From the IMG/VR virus record IMGVR_UViG_3300012352_000462, positions 1 to 46,323 of that record: 46,323 bases of DNA; one strand, written 5' to 3'. The notes under the pieces were generated by a model. It was not told the origin of the DNA. It did not search any database and was given only the letters and a program-made list of their open reading frames with translations. The DNA is from a virus (lineage: Duplodnaviria > Caudoviricetes). This document shows, in pieces, positions 14,061-23,908 of the stretch; the stretch's first letter is position 1; each line of letters opens with the position of its first letter. Position numbers and translations under genes: made by a program.

Positions 14061-14716
14061 TGTCAACAATTAGCAATATTGGAAAAATAGCATATATTTA
14101 TAATCAGTCAACAGATACCTGGCATCCAGTAGCAGGTATGACTGACACTTCTGCAGACTTTACTTGGACTGGAGATCACACATTTGCTACTTCAAGTGAT
14201 GTAATTATAAATAAGACAGTTGTAGCAAAGAATGGTGTAAATAACTTTACTAACCAGGCAGAAAGAAACACAAAGATACCATCACCAACCGATGGAACTG
14301 TGGCACTGTTTATCAATGGAACATCTATGTATGTTCAGTATTATCATGCAGGTGCCTGGAGACTTTACGGTAGCGACTCTTATATCGAAGAGCGTACATC
14401 TGCAAATATGCCAGACGGAGTTAATTACACGATTCAGGCATCTGACGCAGGTAAGACACTAGATATGAATCTTGTAACTGCACACACGATTAAGGTGCCA
14501 TTAGACTCTACAGCTAATCTGCCAATCGGTTCACAGCTAGCCTTCATTCAGGCAAATACTGGTCAGACAGCATTCGAAGGTGAAGCTGTTGGCATCAACT
14601 CGGTAACTATTCTAAGTAAGAACTCTAACAAGAAGATATCAGCCAGATATTCTCAGGCACTTCTGATTAAGAAGGCAGCAAATACTTGGTATCTAATGGG
14701 TGACCTAACGGCATAG
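14060..14716 (+). CDS. Tail fibre adaptor, cassette 1
   Basis: C-terminal Q..TGQ....ARYSQALLIK.AANTWYLMGDL domain, paralogous to 23498-23908; start set at the TAATG overlap. Confidence 0.7.
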   Translation: MSTISNIGKIAYIYNQSTDTWHPVAGMTDTSADFTWTGDHTFATSSDVIINKTVVAKNGVNNFTNQAERNTKIPSPTDGTVALFINGTSMYVQYYHAGAWRLYGSDSYIEERTSANMPDGVNYTIQASDAGKTLDMNLVTAHTIKVPLDSTANLPIGSQLAFIQANTGQTAFEGEAVGINSVTILSKNSNKKISARYSQALLIKKAANTWYLMGDLTA

Positions 14717-14723
14717 GATAGCG

Positions 14724-15593
14724 ATGTTAGGAGTAGGCGGAAAGTTTGCAGCATCTAAAGGAATGGTACTAGTACCAGATCTATCTGGAAAAACCGTATC
14801 TGAAGCAAATCAAGCACTTTCTGCAGCTGGTCTTGTTGTTGGAACTACATCATCAACAGTCAGAAATGATAGTCCATCATTAGATAATAAAGCTTACTCT
14901 CAATCAATTGCAGCAGGGACCTCTGTTGACTATGAAACGGTTATAAATTTTTCTTATTGGACATATGTTTATGTCCCTCCTGCTGCACCACCAGTAACCT
15001 ATTCTCCATGCGGTAGTTGTGGTGAGCAGATAGATCAAATAGATCAGGCTAGTGGTTGTAGTGGAACTAGCTACTGGGAAAGCTTTACGGCTGTCAATAA
15101 ACAGCCATACTGTAGAGATGACAACGGTCAGTTTGCATTTTATTCAGAATGTGGTAGAGAGCCATACTATAGTTCAAGTGTAGTGCCTGGACTTTGTGGT
15201 GCACCAACATGTTCTGGATCTTATAGGGACAATGTTGGATTCCCTGGATCATGTTCTGGTGGACAAAAGTGTACATATTATAACTGGTATGACTCTTGTG
15301 GAAATTATCTCAAAACCACTGAGGGTGGATGTACCTCTTGCTGTACCGCAGGCCTAGTTTCTTGTAGTACTGTAACGGTAGCTTCTGGCGTATATGTCAA
15401 GACATGTACGTACCGTAGAGCAGATTGCTCTACTTATACCGATAGCACAACTACTTGTTCGACAACATCTTCTACGTCTTGCGGAAGCTGTGTTTACGCT
15501 GGATATACAATAGGCTCCTATAAGAGCTGTACAACAACCACAAGAAGTTCATCATGTACGACATCTACATCTACAAAATCTGTTAAGTGTTAA
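14724..15593 (+). CDS. PASTA-domain protein with Cys/Ser/Thr-rich C-terminus; putative receptor-binding tip
   Basis: VPDLSGKTVSEANQALSAAGLVV...SQSIAAGTSV (PASTA pattern); 22 Cys after the Pro linker. Confidence 0.7.
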   Translation: MLGVGGKFAASKGMVLVPDLSGKTVSEANQALSAAGLVVGTTSSTVRNDSPSLDNKAYSQSIAAGTSVDYETVINFSYWTYVYVPPAAPPVTYSPCGSCGEQIDQIDQASGCSGTSYWESFTAVNKQPYCRDDNGQFAFYSECGREPYYSSSVVPGLCGAPTCSGSYRDNVGFPGSCSGGQKCTYYNWYDSCGNYLKTTEGGCTSCCTAGLVSCSTVTVASGVYVKTCTYRRADCSTYTDSTTTCSTTSSTSCGSCVYAGYTIGSYKSCTTTTRSSSCTTSTSTKSVKC

Positions 15594-15608
15594 TGATATA
15601 ATATATCC

Positions 15609-15863
15609 ATGAGTGAAGATATTAAATTTAAAAAAATAGCCTTTATGGTTGGTAATGAAGTTTTCTATGTGCTAAACATACCACAAGCCCCACACATGTC
15701 TGGGGTATATGAAGGGATGCTTTCTGGTCCAACCCTGGTAGACGTAACTGATAACGATCTTTTTGTAGAGCCTGGAACAAGACTAATTGACGGAGAGTTC
15801 TACGTTCCAGTTTCAAAGTTTAAAGCATCAGAAGTTCAAGAGCCAGACTACGAGGTAGAGTAA
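15609..15863 (+). CDS. Hypothetical protein, 84 aa (putative fibre chaperone)
   Basis: ORF track; leaderless TGATATAAT-N6-ATG. Confidence 0.75.
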   Translation: MSEDIKFKKIAFMVGNEVFYVLNIPQAPHMSGVYEGMLSGPTLVDVTDNDLFVEPGTRLIDGEFYVPVSKFKASEVQEPDYEVE

Positions 15864-16118
15864 ATGTCAAACAGCCCATTCCAACAATGGAAAGAAAATC
15901 TTGGTGACAGTAGGCCATGGGATTTGCTAAATCCGAAGACAGAGTTTGTAGATAAGGATACCGCACAGGCTAGATATGACATTTGCAAAGAGTGTCCATT
16001 TTTGCTAGCTACAACTCAGTGTTCAAAGTGTGGATGTTTTATGAAGGCTAAGGTTAAGATAGCTCATTCAGAATGCCCAGAACATAAATGGGGCAAGGCT
16101 ACCCAGGAAAATCACTAA
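15864..16118 (+). CDS. Small Cys-rich protein (DUF6171-like), paralogue 2
   Basis: RYDICKECP...CSKCGCFM.AK......CP..KW. Confidence 0.8.
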   Translation: MSNSPFQQWKENLGDSRPWDLLNPKTEFVDKDTAQARYDICKECPFLLATTQCSKCGCFMKAKVKIAHSECPEHKWGKATQENH

Positions 16119-16611
16119 TAATTTTTAGTGCACTATTTTCGGTAGACCAGGCAGACCAGTTCTTTCCACCATTAGACATTTGATATGCAATCTTTGCATT
16201 AGTAAATGGATCAAATAAGTCTTTTTCAGAGTTAAGGTTATATTTTTCAACTCTATTTGTTCCAAGAGATCCAGACATGTTAATCTGGAAAAGACCATAG
16301 CAGTCGCTAGAGTTGTTGTATGCCATAGGACGCTTTGTAGATTCTTTTACTGCAACTGCCCAAGCATACTTTAGTCCATATCCAGAAAATCCAGCTTGCT
16401 TAAGTATAGATATAAGCTCAGCATCAGACATCATTGTCTTTGCATCTCGCTTAGCTTTTACAATCTTATATGTTCCACGCTCAAAGCTAACCTCCTGGCT
16501 AGCTGGCACAGTAAAGCTCTGAAGGTTGGACTCAGTAGGTTGCCCCATAATGCTAGAGGCAGTCAACGAGACAACCATGCTGATCGATCCAAATATTATG
16601 TTGCTATTCAT
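16099..16611 (-). CDS. Secreted lysozyme-like lytic transglycosylase
   Basis: Hydrophobic N-terminus; AWAVAVKES, YGLFQIN, LFDPFTNAKIA, GGKNWSAW. Confidence 0.85.
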   Translation of the reverse strand: MNSNIIFGSISMVVSLTASSIMGQPTESNLQSFTVPASQEVSFERGTYKIVKAKRDAKTMMSDAELISILKQAGFSGYGLKYAWAVAVKESTKRPMAYNNSSDCYGLFQINMSGSLGTNRVEKYNLNSEKDLFDPFTNAKIAYQMSNGGKNWSAWSTENSALKIISDFPG

Positions 16612-17234
16612 TATCCCACCAAGTTAGAGTCAATAAAATTTCTATATGTAATATCAGAATAGTCTCCACCAAAAGTTTCGATATTCTCTACCCTAGTTAG
16701 GTGTCCCTTTTTAGGTGCGTGAATCATTTCTCCATTACCGATATAGATGCCAACGTGATAGGCATCCTTGTTTCCGTTATAGTGGAAGACTACTAGATCG
16801 CCAGGCTTTGGGTCTTTGGTTGCGGTACCGCTTGTGTCCTGCTTAGATGCTCTATGCTCAAGCTCAATGTCAAGTTGCTGGAAAAACCACATGGTCAGAC
16901 CAGAGCAGTCCCAGCCAGAAGGCGTGGCACCAGAAAATACATACCAAGTTTTACCAACATGGCTTTTTAGCTTTTCAATAGCTTGCTTCACTTTGCCAGT
17001 ATTTTTAGCAAGGATAAGGTGTTTTTCAAAAGCCTTACTATTGGCTTCCTTTTCTAGACTATCTGACAGCTTAGCCATAGATATTTCACGCATAGCTTTA
17101 TTATTAAAATTACTCAACGCAATTGCATTGTTGCTCTTTGAGATAGATTCTATGGGGCTTATAGCTCCAAGAGCAGGGGTGGAACCAGTTGTTAGCGTCA
17201 AACAAATAACGCTTATTGCAGCAATATACTTCAT
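16611..17234 (-). CDS. Secreted NlpC/P60 cell-wall peptidase
   Basis: YVFSGATPSGWDCSG, PGDLVVF, HVGIYIGNGEMIHAP; signal peptide MKYIAAISVICLTL; AGGAGG SD before ATG 17234. Confidence 0.9.
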   Translation of the reverse strand: MKYIAAISVICLTLTTGSTPALGAISPIESISKSNNAIALSNFNNKAMREISMAKLSDSLEKEANSKAFEKHLILAKNTGKVKQAIEKLKSHVGKTWYVFSGATPSGWDCSGLTMWFFQQLDIELEHRASKQDTSGTATKDPKPGDLVVFHYNGNKDAYHVGIYIGNGEMIHAPKKGHLTRVENIETFGGDYSDITYRNFIDSNLVG

Positions 17235-17299
17235 TGCTACCTCCTTTTTATTCTTTTCGTTGTTACGGCTCTTACACAGCCTTGGCGACAATATTTTTA

Positions 17300-17374
17300 T
17301 TAGTGCGATAGCAATAAAATTGTCTGTTTTTTAGAGTTAGTACTCAATGTCACTTTGTTGTCACTCTGTTTCAT
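17300..17374 (-). CDS. Putative 24-aa leader peptide (MKQSDNKVTLSTNSKKQTILLLSH)
   Basis: AGGAGG SD 7 nt upstream; lies between the TGGTAAAAT promoter and the NlpC/P60 gene. Confidence 0.45.
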   Translation of the reverse strand: MKQSDNKVTLSTNSKKQTILLLSH

Positions 17375-17508
17375 CGTTTGTCCTCCTAGAACAAAAAACT
17401 TCCTTTAAAGGGAAGTCGTTCTAATATTTTACCACTTTTTATGGCTTTTTGTCAAACCATGGTATATTTTAAAAAATATGGTATTATAGAAAAGAATAGG
17501 AGAGGTAT

Positions 17509-17793
17509 ATGTACACTTACCAAATTGGTCCAAACAACACAGTTCTAGTGTTTGCAGAAGGACAAGAGGCACCATTCTTGGCTCAGGCAAAGTATCCAAA
17601 TGGAGATGCTTGGGAGAGTCTAAAAAAGGCAGAGGCCTGGGCAAAGCTATTTATTGCATCGCTTGAGGATGACGCAGCACCTTATGCTCCAGAGGGCAAG
17701 GGTATTGCAGGCAAGCCAAAGCCAACTCCAGAAGAGATTGCAGAACAACTAGCTGCAATCTATGGAGACAACCAACCTCAAGGAGAAAACTAA
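17509..17793 (+). CDS. Hypothetical protein, 94 aa (fibre-cassette partner)
   Basis: ORF track; AGGAGAGG SD. Confidence 0.8.
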   Translation: MYTYQIGPNNTVLVFAEGQEAPFLAQAKYPNGDAWESLKKAEAWAKLFIASLEDDAAPYAPEGKGIAGKPKPTPEEIAEQLAAIYGDNQPQGEN

Positions 17794-18875
17794 TGACAAC
17801 CTTTAAGCATGCTTTAGGATACAACAAGGATGGTATTTTGGGTGTAGCAGGAATCCTCGGTTCTGGCGGATCATCGCTTGAGCAGTCAGGAATTCTTGTT
17901 TGGCCACGAAGCTGGTCAGCAAGCTTAGCTAACTTTAAGTTCCTATCAAACTTTGATGCAGACCCTGTTACTTCAGCACAACAGGTAAACCCAGTTTACT
18001 TCCAGACAATTGCTTCTGGAAACGGCATAATTGCACTTGGATTTGGCAGTTCATATACCTCTGTGGGATCATCTGTTATCAAGATAGTGAACTCAGATGC
18101 AACCATTACAGACGTTGAAATCCCTGGAGTAAATACTATTGCCAATGGTGGTATGTATGGCCCACCGCCTATAAGCATTAGCACCATTCTTTTTGCTAGC
18201 AATAAGTTTATTATTAGCTACTATGAGCCAGGCTCAATGCAATATCGCTATATTGTGACCGAAGATTTCGAGACATTCTCTGGACCATACGCCCATCCTA
18301 GCAATGGCTTCTACTATGCACATCCTAAGTCAGATGGTGGAGTGGTTGCTACTAGTGGTGGAATGGCTTATATTTCATCAGATTTTGTTACTTGGACAAC
18401 AGTTTCTACAGATTATGGCAGCCTAGAATTCCTAGGGTCGCTGTCAGACGGAAGAAAGTTGTTTAAGTCAGGAAGAAATGTAATCTCTACAGATGACTCT
18501 ACAGCTGCTGGAGATATATTCTCAGACCCTATGCTAATCACTTATGTAGGGTTTATGAACACAACAGAGGTTGCGTTTGGCAAGGCTGTTGTCATAGACG
18601 ACAAGATTGTTGGTGGAGGTTATGTGGGTGGCTATAGAGTCTACGTGGTTGACCTAAACATGAACGAGATCTCTTATACAGACTTCGGAAGCCCTCAGTC
18701 AAAGACTCTGATCAACCTAAATGGAACTCCAATTATTTGGTATAACGAGATGAGCTATGACACCACTTTGGTTAGACTAAACTCTGTAGCTGGTGATGGC
18801 ACTATCGCATACGATACTAAGCAAATCACTGGATTCGGATCAATGTCTGGCATTTCACAAAACGTATACGCTTAG
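17793..18875 (+). CDS. Putative beta-propeller receptor-binding/virion protein
   Basis: Asp-box-like repeats (SSDFVTWT, TEDFETFS); beta-rich. Confidence 0.6.
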   Translation: MTTFKHALGYNKDGILGVAGILGSGGSSLEQSGILVWPRSWSASLANFKFLSNFDADPVTSAQQVNPVYFQTIASGNGIIALGFGSSYTSVGSSVIKIVNSDATITDVEIPGVNTIANGGMYGPPPISISTILFASNKFIISYYEPGSMQYRYIVTEDFETFSGPYAHPSNGFYYAHPKSDGGVVATSGGMAYISSDFVTWTTVSTDYGSLEFLGSLSDGRKLFKSGRNVISTDDSTAAGDIFSDPMLITYVGFMNTTEVAFGKAVVIDDKIVGGGYVGGYRVYVVDLNMNEISYTDFGSPQSKTLINLNGTPIIWYNEMSYDTTLVRLNSVAGDGTIAYDTKQITGFGSMSGISQNVYA

Positions 18876-18886
18876 TAAATACTAAG

Positions 18887-18929
18887 AATGCCCCCTAGTG
18901 CCTAATAGGTATTGGGGGGTATTTTTTTT
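18887..18929 (+). terminator. Intrinsic terminator
   Basis: AATGCCCCCTAGTGCCTA/TAGGTATTGGGGGGTATT hairpin followed by a T-run. Confidence 0.8.
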
Positions 18930-18951
18930 ATAAACATGCTATAATAAACAC

Positions 18952-19215
18952 ATGGCAAATCACTCAGTTAAGACAGTTTCTAGCACACCAGTGCTACTAT
19001 CTCCAACTCCAGCACACTCTGGAGCAGACGTTGTTATTCAGAACAACTCCTCAGTGGACATTTTTATTGGCGGTAGCAACGTTACCGTAAGCGAGTATGG
19101 ATTCAAGCTAGCAGCTAATGCAGCAATTTCACTAAGACTTTCTGGTAGAGATACAATCTATGCTGTTGCAAACTCTACAGCTACAGTTAATGTGCTTACA
19201 GTAGGGCTGGCATAA
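18952..19215 (+). CDS. Small beta-sandwich virion protein, 87 aa
   Basis: VVIQNNSSVDIFIGGSNV...G..L pattern; leaderless start. Confidence 0.7.
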   Translation: MANHSVKTVSSTPVLLSPTPAHSGADVVIQNNSSVDIFIGGSNVTVSEYGFKLAANAAISLRLSGRDTIYAVANSTATVNVLTVGLA

Positions 19216-19218
19216 TGT

Positions 19219-20856
19219 ATGGCCAGGTTTATTAATCAGTCATCATTTATTGGTAGAAACTTTTATTTTAAGATAAATCCAGACGGATCAGTAACCCCTC
19301 CACCTCCGCCCCCACCATCAGAAGAGATTTCATTACTTGGTGTCAGGACCTATGATGCAACCTCATTGGATGCAGTAAAATCAATATCAGATCTTGAGCA
19401 GTATTCCTCACAGATCACATCCACCTATGGCTATCTAAGATACAACCTAAAGAGATCATCGGTTCTTGGTGGAGACAAGGTTATCACAGTACCATTTTAT
19501 AAGAACGTAGATGGAAAGCTTTGTCAATCAGCATTCTCACTAACTGACACCAATCAATTTTTATCAAACCAAACATCAATATTTAATTATGGAAATGATG
19601 ACCACGACACCTTAGCGATGAGAGCAAATGGAACTGGTTTTATATCTGTTTATAATAGTGGAAACTGGGCAAATGGAAACAACTATTCTATTTTCCGAGG
19701 TGCAACAGAGCTAGCAAACTTTACTGGTTTCCCAGGGCAGTTTGGTACTACAGTAGAGTCGTTTGTAAGTAATACTACTGCACACTTTATATCATTTCCA
19801 CAGTCTGGAGCAGAAGTTTGGATCAGATTTAATGACCTAGCAATGCTTATGGATGGATTCTCAACAGAGTATGACTCAATCTTTAGCTACCTAGGAAATA
19901 ATAGTCCAACGAATAGTCTATGGTCAATATCAGACGGCGTAAATGCAGCACTGATTGGAAGATGGGGCAACAATTCTGCCATTTATGTAGAGTTTGACCT
20001 AACAAACGGTAGAGTTTATAAGTCAGATCTGGTATCCTACAGCCCTGGTTATCAGTATAACTCTACAGAAGAAGACGCTAACGGAACAGCAATGTTTGCA
20101 GTTAATGCAAAGAACGCATTCCATGCAAATGGACTGTTTAACTATGAGCTGCTTGATAACAGCTATTCTGTTGGTTGGAGATTTGCTGGAGGCATGACTG
20201 CAAATGGAATGCAAGCAATATCTATTGGAAACAGTACACAGACCGACATGGATATCTTCGGATCAATTGATTCGAATGGAAATGTATGGTTTGCAGACTG
20301 GGGTCACGACGACGGCGGACTATTTGGTGTTGGAAATGACAATACGCTAGGTGTTGCGAAGACAAAGATAAGACTATCTGCCCCTTCAGATATAGATGGG
20401 GTACCTGCTATAGAAGAACAGCCTGGATCGCTAACGCTCTTTAACTCTACAACATATCCAGATAATACAGTTACTGGCGGATGGTACACCTACATTACTG
20501 GCGGATACGGAACACCAGTATTTGGAATTTCTAGCAACGGAATTAGCCTCAGAGCACCATACTGGCAAGATGGCGTAGCCTCTACTAATAACAATATTGA
20601 TTTGAGTGGGGCAACATCCATAACAATCCAGATATCGTCTAGCGTACCTGACCCATCATACTACTACTCATCAATACAGTGGCCAACATCAACAGGATAT
20701 ACTGGATATCAAATAGCTAATCCGTCTAATTATAACTTCACGAATAGAGAAATAACCATTCCAATAACTGATGGTAGCGTTGGTCAATTTAGGCTGGTAG
20801 TTACCAACTCAGGAGATGGAACTCTCACTCTACACTCTGTCGTGGTGAACTACTAA
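19219..20856 (+). CDS. Putative virion/receptor-binding protein with poly-Pro linker
   Basis: ORF track; TPPPPPPPS linker; beta-rich; ends in Tyr. Confidence 0.6.
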   Translation: MARFINQSSFIGRNFYFKINPDGSVTPPPPPPPSEEISLLGVRTYDATSLDAVKSISDLEQYSSQITSTYGYLRYNLKRSSVLGGDKVITVPFYKNVDGKLCQSAFSLTDTNQFLSNQTSIFNYGNDDHDTLAMRANGTGFISVYNSGNWANGNNYSIFRGATELANFTGFPGQFGTTVESFVSNTTAHFISFPQSGAEVWIRFNDLAMLMDGFSTEYDSIFSYLGNNSPTNSLWSISDGVNAALIGRWGNNSAIYVEFDLTNGRVYKSDLVSYSPGYQYNSTEEDANGTAMFAVNAKNAFHANGLFNYELLDNSYSVGWRFAGGMTANGMQAISIGNSTQTDMDIFGSIDSNGNVWFADWGHDDGGLFGVGNDNTLGVAKTKIRLSAPSDIDGVPAIEEQPGSLTLFNSTTYPDNTVTGGWYTYITGGYGTPVFGISSNGISLRAPYWQDGVASTNNNIDLSGATSITIQISSSVPDPSYYYSSIQWPTSTGYTGYQIANPSNYNFTNREITIPITDGSVGQFRLVVTNSGDGTLTLHSVVVNY

Positions 20857-20863
20857 GGAAATT

Positions 20864-21184
20864 ATGAGTATTTTTGCATACATAGACGATATCTCAACGA
20901 TCATAAGAATAGTTGATGCAGACAACGAACAGTCAGCAATAGATACTTATGGACTAGATAGTGGACTATCCATTATAGACATAACAAATACCACAAAGTG
21001 TGAAAATTTTTATGCAGTCGGAAGAATCTACATTGCTGATTCAGACGCAGTGTTGCCAGCAAAGGTTTTTCCTTCATGGGTAATGTCTAGCGATGCCAGA
21101 TCCTGGGTATCACCAGTTGCACAAACCGACTCTAATACCGTTTGGGATGAAGAGTCACAAATCTGGGTATTACCAAACAGCTAA
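20864..21184 (+). CDS. Fibre-assembly chaperone-like protein
   Basis: FPSW......W.SPV......WDEESQ.W motif, shared with 24972-25571. Confidence 0.65.
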   Translation: MSIFAYIDDISTIIRIVDADNEQSAIDTYGLDSGLSIIDITNTTKCENFYAVGRIYIADSDAVLPAKVFPSWVMSSDARSWVSPVAQTDSNTVWDEESQIWVLPNS

Positions 21185-21220
21185 TTTTGATTGCCATAAC
21201 CTGTGGTATAATTAATCATT

Positions 21221-21886
21221 ATGGCAGATACTTATAAGCGTCTTGGAAGTGTTACCTTTGCGGTAAACAATGAACCTAAAATTCTATACCAGACAGCAGT
21301 TGGCAAATCTGCAATCCTGTCAAACATTACTCTAGTCAATACCAATACTTCTGTTGCAAAAGAAGCATTAATAAGTATAGATCCTACTTTTGTACCACAA
21401 CCTCAAATGAGTGGTTACGTTCAAGCAGATGCTCAAAGAATATACCTAGTTACTCTTCAACCAGGAGAAACCGTAATTTTAGAGCCAGGCATCACCATAG
21501 GCGACGAACATACAATTATTGTAAGCGGTCTGATTGACGTAGTTGTTTCTGCATTTGGCCTAGAGACTGATGACACTCAGGGTCACTACAAGATGTTTGA
21601 AATGCTTGATGGCGGTGAGGGAAAGTACGTCCCAGTGCCGTTGGGCATGCAGCACCTATATCGATCAATACTGTTACACAATAGTGCAGCGTCAACAGAT
21701 GAGGTTAGCCTCAAGATGGGTACAGCATATGGAGAGAGCACTGGAACATTTATATATTCTTTACCAGTTGGTGCAGGAGAGACGGTCGCAATAAAGCTTG
21801 GTATTGGAGCAGCCAGCCAGCAATCATTAATAGTTAGTGCCCAATTATCAAACATAAAGGTTTTTGGGGTAGAGTTAAGTGGCTAG
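21221..21886 (+). CDS. Virion protein with two internal repeats
   Basis: YKRLG...LY...I...N...PGETV..G....FGLE unit repeated twice; same unit in the next gene. Confidence 0.65.
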   Translation: MADTYKRLGSVTFAVNNEPKILYQTAVGKSAILSNITLVNTNTSVAKEALISIDPTFVPQPQMSGYVQADAQRIYLVTLQPGETVILEPGITIGDEHTIIVSGLIDVVVSAFGLETDDTQGHYKMFEMLDGGEGKYVPVPLGMQHLYRSILLHNSAASTDEVSLKMGTAYGESTGTFIYSLPVGAGETVAIKLGIGAASQQSLIVSAQLSNIKVFGVELSG

Positions 21887-23498
21887 CACCAATTATAAGA
21901 GATTAGCATATGTTGAGTCAGAATATATGGTGGAAAAAACCATTTACACTGCTCCTCAATCAGGGTCAGTATTTGTATCCACTATAACTGCAGTATCATT
22001 TGACCCATCAGTGACAACCTCTTTTAAAGTTTATGTAAATGGTATAGTTTTATTTAATTCTCTATCAATTAATCCATTAGAGTCACATACACTAGTATTA
22101 GACAATCTTGGAATAACCTTAGATCCTGGATCAACGATATCTGTTTATAGTGGACCAGGACCAAACGTATTTGTAAGTCTATTCGGTGCAACATCATATG
22201 GCGAGACAGTATCAATAGTGCAATCTGGGCCAGGGCTTGTCTATGATGCACCTGCTGACAAAGACTTTATTTGTAATGGTATTGCAATATCAAATAACTC
22301 TTCCACACCTGCATCAGTTCAGGTTTCGGTAGTAGATGACGCATACACGACAGAAAATGTTTTTGCTTTTGTTCCGTTGGGTCCATATAAGCTATACAAG
22401 ACAGATAACTTTAATTCATGGGTAGCGTACGACCTTCCAGCAGCAACATACTCCCCATCATCAATATCGTATATCGATGGAACCTATGTGTTTTTTTCAA
22501 CTCCAACAAAAAAGGTTTACACTTCAACAGATCTAATCTCCTGGACAAATGTTTATACAATTACACAGTCATCAAGTGCACAGGGTGTAATGAATGTAAG
22601 CTATGGAAATGGAATACTTGCTATAACTTTGTATGGCGGTAACTCATTACAAGTCCTTTATAGCTCAAATTTAGTTAACTGGACATTTTCAGACTATGGA
22701 TATTCAATATATAGAGGCCTATTCATGTATGAGTCAACTAGCCTTAATGCATTTATCAGGATTGATGGTAACTATGTCATGAAGTCCACAGATTTGATTA
22801 CTTGGACAAATACAGGAATCTACGTACCTGGAGAACTGTCAGTCCTTCAGTATAGAAGTCCAATACTAAACAAATACTATGGATTTTATGACGGAGGGAG
22901 CTATTCAAAATATTCACTATACATATTTGACTTCCTGGCTATTGACGAATACGACAATATGCCATTCAACACTATAGACTTGCCACCTGTTTCAGAGTTT
23001 AATAATTTTACAAGAATTTTTAAATCAATAGCGTATGGTAATAATACTGGGGTAATTATTGCAAAGTCTGCTGTCAATGATAGTAACGGACAGTTTCAGT
23101 CAGCACTAGCAACAGGATACGTGTCTACCGACATGGAAAACTGGACAGCAGTAACAATGCCAGCAGTTTCATACAAGAGTGACATTGTGTTTTCCAATGG
23201 CTTGTTTGTATTTTCATACTATAATTCAACTTCATGGTTTGTATCTACAGATGGTATTACCTGGGAGATGAAGTCCAATGGGCCAAATGGACATCAAGAC
23301 ACTAGGGGGTCGTCGCTATCATATTCAGAGACTGTATCAGCAATCCCAACCAGCTCTGACATTGTCGCTAACCTATCTATAGGTCCAGCAGAAAGCGTTT
23401 TAATAAAATCAGGGTATACTTTAAGTAGTAATAGTGGCATAGTTGTTAGTTCAGATAACAGCAACATAGGTGTCGGAATTTTTGGAGCTGAAATATAA
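21879..23498 (+). CDS. Virion protein with an Asp-box beta-propeller inserted into a repeat unit
   Basis: STDLISWT, SSNLVNWT, STDLITWT, STDMENWT, STDGITWE. Confidence 0.65.
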   Translation: MASTNYKRLAYVESEYMVEKTIYTAPQSGSVFVSTITAVSFDPSVTTSFKVYVNGIVLFNSLSINPLESHTLVLDNLGITLDPGSTISVYSGPGPNVFVSLFGATSYGETVSIVQSGPGLVYDAPADKDFICNGIAISNNSSTPASVQVSVVDDAYTTENVFAFVPLGPYKLYKTDNFNSWVAYDLPAATYSPSSISYIDGTYVFFSTPTKKVYTSTDLISWTNVYTITQSSSAQGVMNVSYGNGILAITLYGGNSLQVLYSSNLVNWTFSDYGYSIYRGLFMYESTSLNAFIRIDGNYVMKSTDLITWTNTGIYVPGELSVLQYRSPILNKYYGFYDGGSYSKYSLYIFDFLAIDEYDNMPFNTIDLPPVSEFNNFTRIFKSIAYGNNTGVIIAKSAVNDSNGQFQSALATGYVSTDMENWTAVTMPAVSYKSDIVFSNGLFVFSYYNSTSWFVSTDGITWEMKSNGPNGHQDTRGSSLSYSETVSAIPTSSDIVANLSIGPAESVLIKSGYTLSSNSGIVVSSDNSNIGVGIFGAEI

Positions 23499-23908
23499 TG
23501 GGAATTAAATACTACCCAGACAGAATTAATACAATAACTGACTCAGTGTCAACAATTGAATCATCTGTATCAACGCTAGAGTCTAGTTTATTACTAAAAG
23601 AGCCAGCAATTCAAACAATTGTGGATAAGTCTGCAAACTTTACAATTCAATCATCTGACGCAGGAAAGCTGTTCCGTGGAGTTAACGTTTCTGGAAATGC
23701 AGCTCCATTTACTGTGACTGTATCAGACGTGTTGCAAAACGGACAAAAAATTGATTTCCTGCAGGCAGGAACTGGTCAGATAACGTTTTTTGGATCTGGT
23801 ATAACTATAAACGCAGCCGATGCAAAAGTTAAAACCGCAAAGCAGTATGCAGCTGCAACCATATACAAGGCAGGCGGAGCCTACTACCTGATAGGAAATC
23901 TTGGTTAA
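23498..23908 (+). CDS. Tail fibre adaptor, cassette 2
   Basis: Short coiled coil plus QAGTGQITF...KQYAAATIYK....YYLIGNL. Confidence 0.7.
   Translation: MGIKYYPDRINTITDSVSTIESSVSTLESSLLLKEPAIQTIVDKSANFTIQSSDAGKLFRGVNVSGNAAPFTVTVSDVLQNGQKIDFLQAGTGQITFFGSGITINAADAKVKTAKQYAAATIYKAGGAYYLIGNLG

Noticed and set aside
16611-17291. TTG start at 17291 for NlpC/P60
   Set aside because: AGGAGG and the signal peptide indicate ATG 17234
17235-17425. c-di-AMP (ydaO) riboswitch before the cell-wall hydrolases
   Set aside because: I could not find the characteristic ydaO conserved segments; kept only as an unknown leader
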